Shown piece after piece: positions 1-60,481 of a DNA stretch of 64,000 bases (its first letter is position 1; each line of letters begins with the position of its first letter). The notes under the pieces were generated by a model. It did no database searches and was not told where the DNA came from. It was given only the letters and a program-made list of their open reading frames with translations. The stretch spans positions 22,382,001-22,446,000 of the forward strand of contig OZ024758.1 of assembly GCA_964016885.1 (NCBI GenBank). The letters are read 5' to 3'. Made by a program: the position numbers and the translations under genes. This DNA comes from Eledone cirrhosa (lineage: Eukaryota).

Positions 1-1231
1 ATTTAGAGCTAGACAATAACAACAACAACAATAATAATAGTTGTAACCTTTCAATTGCTTCGTTAATGCCCTTGATGAAGATCTGAATGAATCAGTTTGT
101 CTTAATGTACACGTTAAACCTCGATTCCATGTTTTGTAGACATTTCAATTCCCGTCGTTTATGTCACTAAAATACTCTCACGCTAAATATATCACTCAAC
201 ATCAATTACGAATCTTAGATCTTCAGTATGATTAATGACTGATCACTTCTGTTAATGTTGTTTCACTTAATTTAGAGTAATATTTAGTTTAAAACCGAAC
301 ATTGTAACAGTAAATCATGCCGCTGGCACCATTTCTGGCAATTGACTGTCGTTTGGTCCTAAGACCTCGCAGATTCGATTTCGATACTTAGTTGAAAACA
401 GTTGACTAGTAACATTATTGATGTTTTTTATGAAATGAATGAACGTAGTACGACCTCACACATCATATTTCTCAATAATAGTGGGATATTTTTTTCTTCT
501 GATTCTTCAAAACACGACATGGTGCCCAAAACACGACATGGTGCCATTCCAATCTATGTTAGTTGCAAATTATTAAAAAATATATTCAATTATTGGTGAT
601 TTTGTTAAAGTTATCTCCCTCGCTTATTGTCTTTGTAATTCTAAGCACGCCTAGAGGAAGAATTTGACTATTAATTGCTTGTATAATTTCATTTAATCAA
701 AGCTGTTCAACTACCACGTATTACATACGTGTGTGAATCTCTAACCTGTTTGTGTTTTGTATACAAAACGCTCCTCTGCGGCATGCACCCCCCTCTAGAT
801 TCATTAGAAATCTGATATTGTTTTCCCTCTGGTCGTATTTGTAGAGCTGAAGTACGATATTTTTCATGTTTAACGTATTTGTTTATGGATACCTAACCTA
901 ACCATGTGTTGGAATATTTTTCTTTTCACATCGAAAGTCTGAAAGTTTAACCATTGCTCTATGTCTGCACATATACGTAATTTTACTCAATATGAAATGT
1001 ACATTGCAACACACACACACACAGGCCCTTTATGGTCTGAGTTCAAATCCCGCCGAAGTTAACTTTGCCTTTCATCCTTACGGGGTCGATCAAATAAAGT
1101 ACCAGTAATACACTGGAATAATTGCTGGCCTTTTGCCAAAAGTAGAAACAACTATATATATATATATATATATATATAAATGGTAAACAGAAATATATAT
1201 ATATATATATATATATGTAAATGGTAAACAG

Positions 1232-1274
<43 letters not shown>

Positions 1275-1583
1275 GGGTGTTATATATATATATATATATA
1301 TATATATGTAAATGGTAAACAGAAATATATATATTATATATATACACACACACAGGGTGTTGCCCAAAAATGTATACACACTTCAACAGCATTCTAATAA
1401 ATATTGCCTGTACAGGTAGTCAAAGTGAATACATTTGGGGGGTGTCACCCTGTGTGTATATATGTGTGTGTGTGTTGAATTGTACATTTCATATTGAGTA
1501 AAATTACGTATATGCGCAGACAAAGACAAATGGTTAAACTTTCAGAATGACAGCATCTTTCTTAATATTCTTATACACACACG

Positions 1584-1647
<64 letters not shown>

Positions 1648-3860
1648 CACATAAAGTGTGTGTGTGTTGTATTGTATTATATACAGTTATATTTAAATCA
1701 ATATTTGATATGAAACCTGACATTTACGTCGAAGTTTAAAGTGAAAGTAGTCATAAAAATACTTCGTCTTCGGGTCTTATTGTTTACATAATTTATATTA
1801 GTGTTTTCTTTTTAAAGTCTTAGTTTTTGACACCATAACAAACTTCACAAGTGATTAATGCTTTTATTTTTATTTTACAATAATGAATTGACAAGATACA
1901 AAACGGGAACAAAAACTTCATTTACTTTGTTTAATTTCATTGAAATATATTAACACACATTTCCCAGCCCACTTTAAATCGATAAAATGTATCTAAAATG
2001 TCCTTGCTCTATTACTAGGAGTCTAAATGTAACAAGGTTTATAGATCTTCTTTAACTTCTACATTAATGGTTTGGGAAAATGTGGTCCTAGTTATATTAT
2101 TCCTGAATACAAGAGGTGTGGTTCTGGTTGGAACGTCTTTGATTGTGGTCATGCTTGATTAAACAACAACCAACACAAAACGCCCAAACAAAGCAAACCC
2201 TGGCGCTTGGATGGTTTTGCACTTGGATGTTTTTTTTTTTTATTTTTTATATGAACTCACAAGTTCATCACGTGTCTATAGAACTCGTGACAACCTCCAA
2301 GTAAATTGAACGTCCTGTCTACAAGGGTTTGATTCCTGTGGAAGTTTCTCATAGTATAAAGATTTATGTATGAGTCACACTTGTACGATATGCACGCGCA
2401 GCTGAGTAGTTAACAAGTTCACTTCGTAATTGTAATGTTCCGAATTCAATCTCACAGCCTGCTTTATCTTGGCCGAAATATCTTCTATAATCGCGAGTCA
2501 ATATAAGCTTTATTCATAAAATTAGGTGAACGAATTGAGGGAAAACATAGTCACAGGCAATCTTCATTAAATGATCGAATATTTTGTTGTTTCAATACTT
2601 TATTTACATTAAATGAAACGTTATTGTTGTTTTTTTTTTTATTCAAATATCTAATGCCGTCATATAAATTGTATGGCCATTGTGTACAAATCTTGTGGTG
2701 TCAGCAAATAAGCTAAGGTAAAAGTGGAGAATTGCGGCGTAGTTAAAAATGAAACCGGGGAAAGTAAACTTGGTTTTTAAAAGGAAATTTATATTTACAT
2801 GAAGCCTTAAGCATGTTTGATTCGCAAGTATTAACATTTCACTACGAATGCAAACATAAATATAAGTGCTTAATTAGTTCATAAAAGCATTTATTTTATT
2901 CACAGTTGTATAAATAATATTACAAATGCCTATATATAATAATAATAATTGTTTCTACTTTTGGCACAAGGCCAGCAAATACTCAGTGCATTACTGGTAC
3001 TTTATATATAATAATTGTTTCTACGTTAGGCACAAGGCCAGCAAATAACCCAGTGCATTACTGGTACTTTATTTTATCGACCCCGTAAGGATGAAAGGCA
3101 AAGTTAACCTCGGCGGGATTTATATATAATAATAATAATGAAGATTGTGTACAGTGCTCAGGTGCACCCTATGTGTGTGTGTGTGTGTGTGTGTGTGTAC
3201 GCACAGGGTGCCCCCCTCCCTCCCTAAAAAAAAATGTACACACTTCAGTATACATACCTTGTATGTATGTGTATATATATATATATAAATAAAGTTGGTG
3301 GTGAGAGTAAAAATCAAAGTTTATGTAAAAAGAAATGGGGACGAGTATGAGGAGTGGAGTGTGGGCCCACGGAAAAGCTTATTCGTTTCGGTAATTAAAG
3401 AAAACCAAATTGCTTTTTTTACATTTCCATTATCGTTAGGTTCATTTTTAATTATGCCGCAAATCTTCACTTTTGCCTAAAACTTCTTTATTTATGGTAT
3501 TGAAATGAAATGACATTATCCTTTCAACTGTTGTTGTTTTTTCTAGCTAAACTAATCATTTTGTTTCCGATCATCTGATGAACTAACTATGTGTACCTCT
3601 AAATAAATGGCCAGTTTTGTTGAATACCATACCACGCTGATTCTATCCGAGAATTATGTCAGATGTACACATGGCTATGATACAATATCCTTGTACACTT
3701 GTACGATAATATAATAATTAGATAATTCAGTTAATCGCACAACTGGAAAACTCATCGTCGACACCGACGGAGTATCTATTTATAACTGTAACTTTCACAT
3801 TTCACAGTTGCTCCATGCTTACTACTCGTGATTTTGTTGTTATAGTTTATTTCGTATATA

Positions 3861-3941
3861 CAGGGTGGCCCTCAAAAATATATATACATTCTTTTATTAG
3901 AATGCCGTTGAAGTGTGTATACAATTTTTTGTGACACCCTG
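3861..3941. mobile_element. Tc1/mariner-type MITE
   Basis: TA-CAGGGTG...CACCCTG-TA; related copy at about 1352-1452. Confidence 0.65.
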
Positions 3942-4952
3942 TATAAGTGATTATATAACATTACCCTTCAAACTTGTGGCATTGTTCCAACGTGCAAATT
4001 AATGGTTGTCTTATTTGTTTTCGTAGAGAATGTATCTAACCGTGTTATCTTATCTGGCAAACAGTTGTATTAAAAGATGTAGGTGTGTGTTGTGTGTTTG
4101 GTGTGTCATTGTGTGTGTTTGGTGTGTCATGTGTGTCGTTGTGTGTGTGGTGTGTCGTTGTGTGTGTGGTGTGTCGTTGTGTGTGTGGTGTGTCGGTGTG
4201 TCTAGTTTTAGTGTCGGCTGTAACATATGACCTACTAATTCACTAATAATAGTTTACTGAACGTAAACAAACGTTGTTTATCTCGTTTAACTTGGCACAG
4301 ATTTTGTGAAGGAGCTTTATCTCGATGTTCGATGTAACGTTCAAATATGACTTTTCTTTTTTCAAAATGATAAGTGATAGATTAATAATTGTTTCTACTT
4401 TAGGCACAAGGCCAGCAATTACCCAGTACATTACTGGTACTTTATTTTATCGACCCCGTAAGGATGAAAGCAAAGTCAACCTCGGCGGGATTTGAACTCA
4501 GACCATAAAGGGACGTAACTGTACTGCAAAGCATGGCGTCCGACCCTCTACCGATACTGAATAATCTTTGATAATCATGATTCTTGTGACATTGACAAAG
4601 TATGATTTTATATATAAGGTGTTACAGTGGAACCTCGGTTAACGAACTTGATTCGTTCCTGACCGACATGTTCGTAAACCAAAACTACCCCCCACCCATA
4701 CGTAATGTTGAGAGAGAAATACAGTAAGAGAAAGAGAGAGAGAGAGACTGTATGTGTGTATGAAAGACAGACAGATATCACCATAATAACTAACTACAGT
4801 GCAAGTGATGCCCCCCCCTACCCCGATAGACCAGTTGCTTCTGATAGTACCCGCTAGAAGGAGTGTTTGAGGACTCTACCCTCCCATGACCCTCTCAGGA
4901 ATTAGGTAGTTCAAGTCTCAAATAGGGAGGGCGAGAGAGACGGAGGGCGATG

Positions 4953-4986
<34 letters not shown>

Positions 4987-5912
4987 GGTTTCCTCTGTGT
5001 TCGAACCTGTAATTTTACACTATCGACCCTTTCCATTAGATTATTGAGTAAGGGGATAGAACTGTATATTTACTTAACATACATGCACCTTTTTATTTAC
5101 CCCCCCCCCCCCCCCCCCAGTGATTATATTTTCACCATGAAACCATGAAGCAAGTAATATGACACTAAAATTATATTTGGATTATATTATCCTGAATAAA
5201 TTGTTTATTTTTTATTTTTTCAAGCATTAAAATACTAAAAGTATTTTAGGGGTGAGTAATTTGCTCTCAGTTTTAATTAAATGTCATCTTATTATCATGC
5301 CACTAACGAGACAGGCGTGGAAACCATGTGCAGCACTATCCTGCTACAAAGGTCAAAACCATTTAATTAGAAGGAAAATTAATTGGGTTCATCATAGGAG
5401 GGGAGTAAAATTCGAATTACTTTTTATGTACGAGAAATAAAATTTCCTATCATGATTTCCCAAGCTCTCTCTCTCACTATCTAGGGCAAACGGGGGGTAT
5501 TAACCCTTTGAGCTCCACCACACTACAAATGCATTTGTCATGTAGAGGAGCTTAACCCTTTAGCATTTACATTATTCAATATATACTATTATGTTTTTAC
5601 GGTAAAGACTTTATCTCACATAATTATCTCACATAATTATTTCATTAGTTATCTCATTAATTATCTCTGATAATATCTAAGCTATGAGATTTTGATATTA
5701 TTTATTTTGAGAACAATAGCTTAACATCTGCATGCATGGCCTGTTACAGCCAATTTGAACAGAAAGACGTGAGGGAATTCTGGCTGGATACGGCCGATTT
5801 AAATGCTAAAGGGTTAACCCTTTAGCATTTACATTACTCTATATTTACTATTGTATTTTCACGGTAAACACTTTATTTCTCATAATATCCCTGAGCACTG
5901 TACACAATAATT

Positions 5913-5947
<35 letters not shown>

Positions 5948-6242
5948 ATCAAATCTGAGATTTTGATATTATTTATTTTGAGAACAATACCTTAACATCA
6001 GTATGAGTGGCCGGTTACAGCCGGTTTGAACAGAAAGAGGTGAGAGAATTCTGGCCGGATACGGCCGGTGATATCCCTGTTTGTCCTACTTATGTTATAT
6101 ATTTGCTATTTGGGAGCAGCAAAATACCATTTCAGTTGCATTTTTCATTAAGGTTCTTAAATTTAGGTGAACTACTTTCCCAGAACCTATTCCAGTTTAG
6201 AATAGAGAGCCTGATAATTAATTTCTGTTTTCATTATATGAA

Positions 6243-6272
6243 ATGTTTTGGGATAATAGTGGAGAAAGGCAG
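6243..6272 (+). CDS. sws: Candidate first coding exon (MFWDNSGERQ)
   Basis: ATG with an in-frame upstream TAA; ends CAG|gtagtg in phase 0, matching the phase-0 start of exon 8423. No homology support. Confidence 0.35.
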
Positions 6273-7509
6273 GTAGTGTCTTGGTAATATTTGTTGCTAT
6301 CATACTTGTTATTTGTGGAAACCTTTCCTTTACAGTTATACCATAGTGCTTGTTAGATTTAACAGGCATTACACATCATTCTATTTATATTTAGGGTTGG
6401 GATTATTTCTAAATTGTTTTCTCTTAGTTTTATTTAGTATTTAGTTGTATTGTACAGGGTGTATAAAAAAGAATCATTCCATTTCAAAAGGCTATATTTG
6501 TTTAAAAAATATCGCTTATTAAAATCGGATGTTTACTTTTGATACACTGTATATATTCAGAGTCACTCTAGGTAGAGCCACTGCTTCTCTGGATTGAGAG
6601 ATCACAGCTCTGATACTATGGGCATGTGGTTAGAATGTCTCGGGGAAAGAATCGGTGGACAGATTTTACAGCCAAAACCAACTGGCAAGAGACCCAGAGG
6701 TAGACCCCCAAACAAGATGGTTGGATAACATCCATGACCTTGGTTAGTCATGCTTGGGGATCCAGCCAGATCAGTTGGAGATGGCTACTTCTGACAGGGT
6801 CTGCTGGAAGGAGTCTTTGAGGAGTCTGCCCCCACAACCTTCTCAGGAATAAGTAGGCGAAGAAGAAGGCATTGGTCAGCCTAAGTCTATAGTAGAAGAC
6901 ACTTGCCTAAGATGTCCTGTTGCAGGATTCAAACCCAAACTATGTGGTTGCAAAGCGAATTCCTTAAATACACAGCCATGCCTGCATCTAATGTACTTCA
7001 TATAATATTTGGGAAACTGGAATGCTGAGAATTTTGGTTGTTGAAAAATGTGAAATATTCCTATCAGATATAAAGAAATTAAAGTGTTTTAAGGTTCTGA
7101 TATATTTTTCTCAGATTTTAAGCAGTTAAGTAGGTTGGTAGTATTAATATCTGAGAGCAATTACCTAGGGACGACATCTGCATGAAGCACAATAGTTGAG
7201 TGAGCAAACCAATTTCAATTAATTACAATTGCTTTTATTTATGGAAAGGAAGAGATAGGTTTAGTCACCTTGGAGGATGCAGAGGGGCTGACACAGGACC
7301 TCCAGTGATGGAGGGCACTGGTGGACCTGGTCAGCTTTACGCATGATGACACCTCTGGGGTCGCTGACCAGAATGACCCCCCACTCCCATCAAGCAAGAG
7401 TAATAGCAGAGCTACACGCACAGAGCATACTATTATCTATATAATCTCCTACCAACAACCAACATGTAGCTGTCTCTCTTTTTTCCCCCCCCATTATTTC
7501 CTACCTTAT

Positions 7510-7696
7510 TAGGGCGGTGGATTGGCAGTATCGGTAGAGGGTCGGACGCCATGCTTTCCAGCATAGTTACGTCCCTTTACGATCTGAGTTCAAATCCCGC
7601 CGAGGTTGACTTTGCCTTTCATCCTTACGGGGTCGATAAAATAAAGTACCAGTAATGCACTGGGTAATTACAGGCCTTGTGCTTAAAGTAGAAACA
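7510..7696 (+). mobile_element. tRNA-derived SINE family A (~185 bp), representative of more than 20 full or partial copies
   Basis: A-box TGGCAGTATCGG, B-box GTTCAAATCC, 17-bp TSD attatttcctaccttat. Other copies near 1024, 3012(-), 4386(-), 16638, 19885(-), 29030(-), 30552, 36798, 45043, 45490(-), 49906, 51540, 53414, 53570. Confidence 0.9.
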
Positions 7697-8422
7697 ATTA
7701 TTTCCTACCTTATCTTAATTTGTTTCTTCCCATCACACTCGTATTCCTATTTCTTCTTGCTCATCACTTTCCTTTTATTCAAACTTTTGGTCATGTAGCT
7801 TGTCCCTTCCATTCTCCTGGCTATACATACCATTTGAGAGAACAGATACAATGTAAATTAAAGAAACTTCTTTGGTCTTGTAGAGAGTATGATAAACCCT
7901 CTAGTACTGGTGCCATGAAAAAATGTATCCAGTATACTCTGTGAAGTTGTCATAGTCAGGAAGGGCATCTGGCTATAGAAACCACAGCAAAGATGCATTG
8001 TATAAGTGAGACTTGGACTGGGAAGACCCATGCAATACTTGACAGCGTGGAAAGTGGATATAAAATGAGGATAATGTTAAAACTATTTTTCCATTTAATA
8101 TTCACTGCTGATCGACGACCTCCGGGATGTCCTTCACACGAGTTGTATGCACTGTTACGGCCATGTCGGACGCAGTGAGGAGTGGATCGGCAAAGTGATG
8201 AATGTCGATCCCAGAGGCAGTAGAGGCCCAGGAAGACCAAAAAGGACTTGGATGGAGGGTGTCTATCGAGATCAAGCTAGGCTTGGCTTGGCTCAGGTGA
8301 GACCAGCATACAAAAACACATGGGATGATGATGATGATTCAGTTTTTTTTTTGTCCCTTTTTCTTTCTTTTTGTGTGTTTTTGCTTTAATCTCTTACATC
8401 TGTCTATTATTTCTCTTTTCAG

Positions 8423-50740
<42,318 letters not shown>

Positions 50741-50831
50741 GTAAGAATGCCATTAATTATAAAAAATATTATTGTTGTTTATCAATGTCATATATTCTTC
50801 ATTTTTGTACAGTTTTTTCAGCAATATATTA

Positions 50832-50885
<54 letters not shown>

Positions 50886-51051
50886 TATTTGGGGAGGGTC
50901 ATGTTATAATATTGCCAGAAATAATAATAAAAAAACACTCGCTGTTTGGTTTGGGTTGGGTTTCATTTCTGTATATCCCTATAGTTAATTTAGTTGGCAA
51001 TCAATCTTTATCATTGATTCACCAACAGTTAAAAAAAAAATATATATATTT

Positions 51052-51082
<31 letters not shown>

Positions 51083-52699
51083 ATTTATATATATTTATAT
51101 ATATATATATTTTATATATATATATATAGTCTCTCTATATATATATATATATCAAAGTTCTTTCATCACACACCTGTGTCATCATCAGTGGTACTATTAT
51201 GTTTCCTCCCATTGTATTGTAATTTTTACTTCTAAGTGCCTAAATCAGAAACCATTATTACCATAGTTCTGTAGATCTTAATTCTCATCACTTCAGGCAT
51301 GTAACAGTTTTTAAGTCTTTGGTGGAAAGTTGATGGAATTTTATTTGAAATATATCTTCATCTTCAGGTTGGTTACTCTGGTATTTTAGAGGTTACCCCT
51401 GTTTATCACATGAAACAGTGTGGTTCTTTTTTTTTGTTGTTGGTGCTATTATTAGTAACTTTAGTTAGTTTTAATTATAGTATGAAAGTAATTAACCCTT
51501 TAGCATTTACATTACTCTCTAGTTACTATTATATTTTACATCCCTTTACAGTTTGAGTTCAAATCCCGCCGAGGTTAACTTTGCCTTTCATCCTTACGGG
51601 GTCGATAAAATAAAGTACCAGTAATGTACTGGGTAATTGCTGGCCTTGTGCCTAAAGTAGAGACAATTATATTTTATGGGGTCAATAAAATAAAGTACCA
51701 GAAATGCACTGGAATAATTGCTGGCCTTGTGCCAAAAGTAGAAACAATTATATTTTCATGGTAAAGGCTTTATCTCACATAATATCAAATCTAGGAGATT
51801 TTGATATTATTTATTTTGAGAATAATACCTTAATGTCAGTGTGAGCAGCCAGTTATGGCCAGCTTGAACAGAAAGAGGCCATTTTAAATGCTAAAGAGTT
51901 AAACTTTTGTTAATGATCCATAAGCTAGCATGTAAGGCTTAGAGTGGAAGTTTATCTCTTGAGGTAGCACATTTGTCATGACTGCTTTGTTGGGCTGTTA
52001 GTTCGGGAATTTTTCCTAGTCCTGACTCTCTAGATACTCAGGAATATTTGAAATTTAACTGTGTAGTTTGGTTGTTGGTTATTTGGAGATAGTACTGCTA
52101 TTGTTGTTGATGTTGTTCCAAACAATTTATCATAAGAACTTGAAGCTTATATGTAAGTATATCTGATAAGCTTGGAATTGGTATTAGTGTTTTTGTAGTG
52201 TAGTTTTATGTAAAGTAGTGTAGTGTTTTGCTTTGTTCCATTGTTTGTTTATTGTCTTGCTTAACCCTTTCGCATTTACATTACTTTATATACAATTAAG
52301 TACCAGTAATGCACTGGGATGATTGCTGGCCTTGTGCCAAAAATAGAAACAATTACTCTATATTTACTATTGTATTTTCACAGTAAACACTTTATCTCAC
52401 ATAATATTGAATCTATGAGATTTTGATACTATTTATTTTGAGAACAATACCTTAACAATTATGAGCAGCTGGTTACAGCTGGTTTGAACAGAAAGAGGTG
52501 AGAGAATTCTGGCTGGATACAGCCGGTTTAAATGCCAGAGGGTTAAATTGTGTGTCAGTTTCAGCTTCAAGAAGACCCTATTTCTATATTGTTACCTTCT
52601 TGTGTTGGCTGTTTAAGTTGTAAGTTCTGCTTGAATCTATGGTTACATAAAGCATCTGATTAGTTTTTCTAGCTGTGGCTATCATATCTTAGTTTTGAG

Positions 52700-53060
52700 T
52701 TTAAGGTTGAGTACTTGAAATATGAGGACTCCATTTTATGGGTGTAAGGTTCAGTACTTGAAAGATGGCGTCCCTATTTTATGGGTGTAAGGTTCAGTAC
52801 TTAATATATGGGGTCTCCATTTTATGGGTGTCAGGTTCAGTACTTAATATATGGGGGTCTCCTTTTTATGGGTGGTAAGGTTTAGCATTTGATATATGGG
52901 GGTCTCTATTTTATGCGGCTAAGGTTTAAAATTTGATATATGGGGGGTCTTTATTTTATGGATGTAAGGGTCAGTACTTGAAATATGGGGTGTCTATTTT
53001 ATGGGTGGTAGGGTTTAGTACTTGAAATATGAGGACTCCATTTTATGGGTGGTAAGGGCT
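52700..53060. repeat. Degenerate ~41-bp tandem repeat
   Basis: taaggttcagtacttgaaatatggggtctccattttatgggtg-like units. Confidence 0.8.
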
Positions 53061-53957
53061 TTGTACAGTGATATTTGTTACATTTAGAATATTTCAAGTA
53101 AGACATAGAAATTCCCTCAGTGTCATTGTTGTTGCTATATGGAAAGTCTCTGATGTGTTGGCAGAAAAACAACAGATTAAATGCATGTACTCACTTAACT
53201 TGAGTATACTTACTTACTTGTACTTGTGGCAGTGTTCACCTGAGGTGGGTTGAGCCAGCTCTGTCGAAGGAATTCACTGTGTAATTTCATTTCAAAGGAG
53301 TTTAAGTTGACCATCAAATCACACAAGAAGTCATTTTTCTTAATGTTGCAGTTTCACTTATATCTATATCTAAATACATCTCCATATCTAACACTATTGT
53401 CTTCATTATTATCTGGATTGGCAGCATAGTTACGTCCCTTTACGGTCTGAGTTCAAATCCCGTCGAGGTTAACTTTGCCTTTCATCCTTACGGGGTCGAT
53501 AAAATAAAGTACCAGTAATATACTGGTTAATTGCTGGCCTTGTGCCTAAAGTAGAAACAATTATTATCATGGTGGTTTGGCAGTATCGGTAGAGGGTCGG
53601 ACAACATGCTTTGCAGCATAGAGTTACGCTCCTTTCTGATCTGAGTTCAAATTCCGCTGAGGTTAACTTTGCCTTTCATCCTTACGGGGTCGATAAAATA
53701 AAGTACCAGTAATACACTGGGGTAATTGCTGGCCTTGTGCCAAAAGTAGAAACAATTATCATAAATACTAGAGTGGTAGATCTGTTGTCAAATTGTTCTG
53801 GTAATGAGTATTACTTGTTCATCATATTATTAAATATTGAACGATTATTACATAACATATCGAACGAGATTACATAACATGCAATAATGTCTTAAGACTA
53901 AAAGCATTTATTGGACAAATGGATTGATAATCTCTGTTATTTGTATATCAGCTATGA

Positions 53958-56058
<2,101 letters not shown>

Positions 56059-56144
56059 GGAAAGTTATATTTAAATTGTTGTGTTACAACTAGTAAATAT
56101 TTATAACTGATATAAAAGCACTCGACAAATATTTGGAGTATATT

Positions 56145-56349
56145 TACAATATTAAATAAATGGAAACTATATTTATAAAACCATATCTATTTCATTATAT
56201 ATATTTCAGGGATAACATATTAACAATATGCTATGCCTTCCTCCTTTGTCTGAGGAAGGCATAGCATATTGTTAATATGTTATCCCTGAAATATATATAA
56301 TGAAATAGATATGGTTTTATAAATATAGTTTCCATTTATTTAATATTGT

Positions 56350-56350
<1 letters not shown>
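56145..56350. repeat. About 100-bp-arm palindrome between two TA arrays
   Basis: 56145-56243 is the reverse complement of 56252-56350; 8-nt spacer. Confidence 0.9.
56245..56304 (+). ncRNA. Hammerhead ribozyme-like motif
   Basis: UUUGU-CUGAGGA-AGGCAUAGCAUAUU(GUU)AAUAUGUUAUCCCU-GAAA-UAUAUA-UA-AUGAA; weak stem I with two GU pairs, palindromic stem III. Confidence 0.6.
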
Positions 56351-58970
<2,620 letters not shown>

Positions 58971-58975
58971 TGAAA

Positions 58976-59418
58976 TATATGAAATATAAGAATCAAAGAA
59001 CTGTTCAAAACATTATTGTGCTTACAGCTGTTTCCTCCAAACCGAGGTTTGGATTCTTCGGAGCAATTTATTAATGCATGGACAGTTATATGACCTCCTT
59101 TTCAGCCGAGAGACATACCAAATACATATTCAAACATTGATACATATTCAAACATTGTGGGTCAACATTCATTACAGAATTTAGAGTGGCAGTACACACT
59201 TCGAGATTACATTTATATTAATAGGTACAATCAAAAATCAAAGATATAGGTTAAAGTACAGCATGAAGATAAGTGGTTATATAGTGCAAATGTTATATGT
59301 GTGGCACGCATGTGCGTCTTGTTTATATAGTGTGGCAGAGAGATATGTGTGGTAGAGGCACTTAGGTAGGTAAATAAGAGTGTTAGGTTGGTAGGTCTGG
59401 TGGCAAAGTCTTTATATG
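58976..59418 (-). repeat. PLE 3' terminal repeat (pseudo-LTR)
   Basis: Matches 63148-63590 at offset 4172; I saw no differences by eye. Confidence 0.93.
59011..59076 (-). ncRNA. Minimal type-I hammerhead ribozyme-like motif (variant core) in PLE 3' repeat
   Basis: Minus strand: UGCU-CCGAAGA-a-UCCAAAC(CUCG)GUUUGGA-g-GAAA-CAGCUG-UA-AGCA; palindromic stem III ACAGCUGU; stem I extends via CAUUA/UAAUG. Confidence 0.72.
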
Positions 59419-60481
59419 ATTGATATAGTCTGTGTGTGGAGAAATATTATAAGCATTAAAGATAGTGCAAGCATTAAAAGTGTTATAAGTATTGGAGATG
59501 CACAGCGCAGGGATGTCAAGTAATTCATGTACTTCGGCATTTTCATGGTCAAGGGAGTGTATATTTCGATTATATGCCTTTCACATAATCCACGACAATC
59601 CAGTAAGAGATCGTAGTCTGGTGTTCTTTAGTTCGATACAGGGGGATGTTACGTTTCGAGAAACGCCATTGAATACCGGAAGTGTGTGTGTGGCTAAGGG
59701 GAGTTAATGCATGCGGGGAGGTAACTCTGGGGTTTCTATATCTAGCCATTAAAATGTGTCCCAATATAGACCCTAAATTCTATGGTGAGGTGCACCTTCC
59801 AAGAGAGACTTTTAAAGCATAAAGTGTACTAACTATAGAGTAGTTTATATTATTATTAAGGTGGATTAACCCATCTTAAGGTGCTACAAATGGAAATTAT
59901 AGATGATGAGCGAGGATTCTAAAATGATCTCTGTGGTTGTAGTCTGCTCATATGACCAGGCGCGGTGATTGCAGGATTGCTTCAGGACCCAATGATCTCT
60001 GGTAAGATCTGGGTCATCGCTTGCTACATTGGATGTCGAAAGATAATCGTCCCCAGGCAGGCCAAGGTCAATCCGCAGTCCTCGCGACCCCTCTCTGACC
60101 GTCAGATCATCCATATACGTACAACCCGCACGGCAGTTGCATTGCATTCACTCACTGCGCTCAGCAGCCCGGTCCTACTGGTCAACAGCGCTACTCGATT
60201 AAATCATTTTACATCTGTCTAAGGAAGGTGTTTCCTCTGCCCAACAACATCCAACCGATCAATTCATGCTCAAAATTACCCTTAGAGCGGTGTAGTGCCA
60301 TCAAGTGGGTGGATGTTGTCACACCTGCCGTAGAGGTATAAATGGGTATTTTCCCTGCGAAGGGTTCCAGAGGGATGCCGTTGTTTGTGTTATAATGGAT
60401 CAGCTAGTGTTGGGTATGTAGTATAGGGTGTGTTTCTGGTGTTTGATGCTAGATGTGGTGTTAGGTTCCAGTCCGACATTG

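Noticed and set aside
44-360. Possible first exon of a divergent minus-strand gene
   Set aside because: ATG frames close quickly and the open frame has an upstream stop without ATG; unsupported.
51368-51420. Possible next NTE exon (cag|GTTGGTTAC...)
   Set aside because: Translation does not resemble the expected NTE C-terminal conserved segment and there is no convincing donor.
59965-60222. 85-aa ORF duplicated at 63697-63954
   Set aside because: The duplication is just the PLE inversion; antisense to the element, no recognisable domain.
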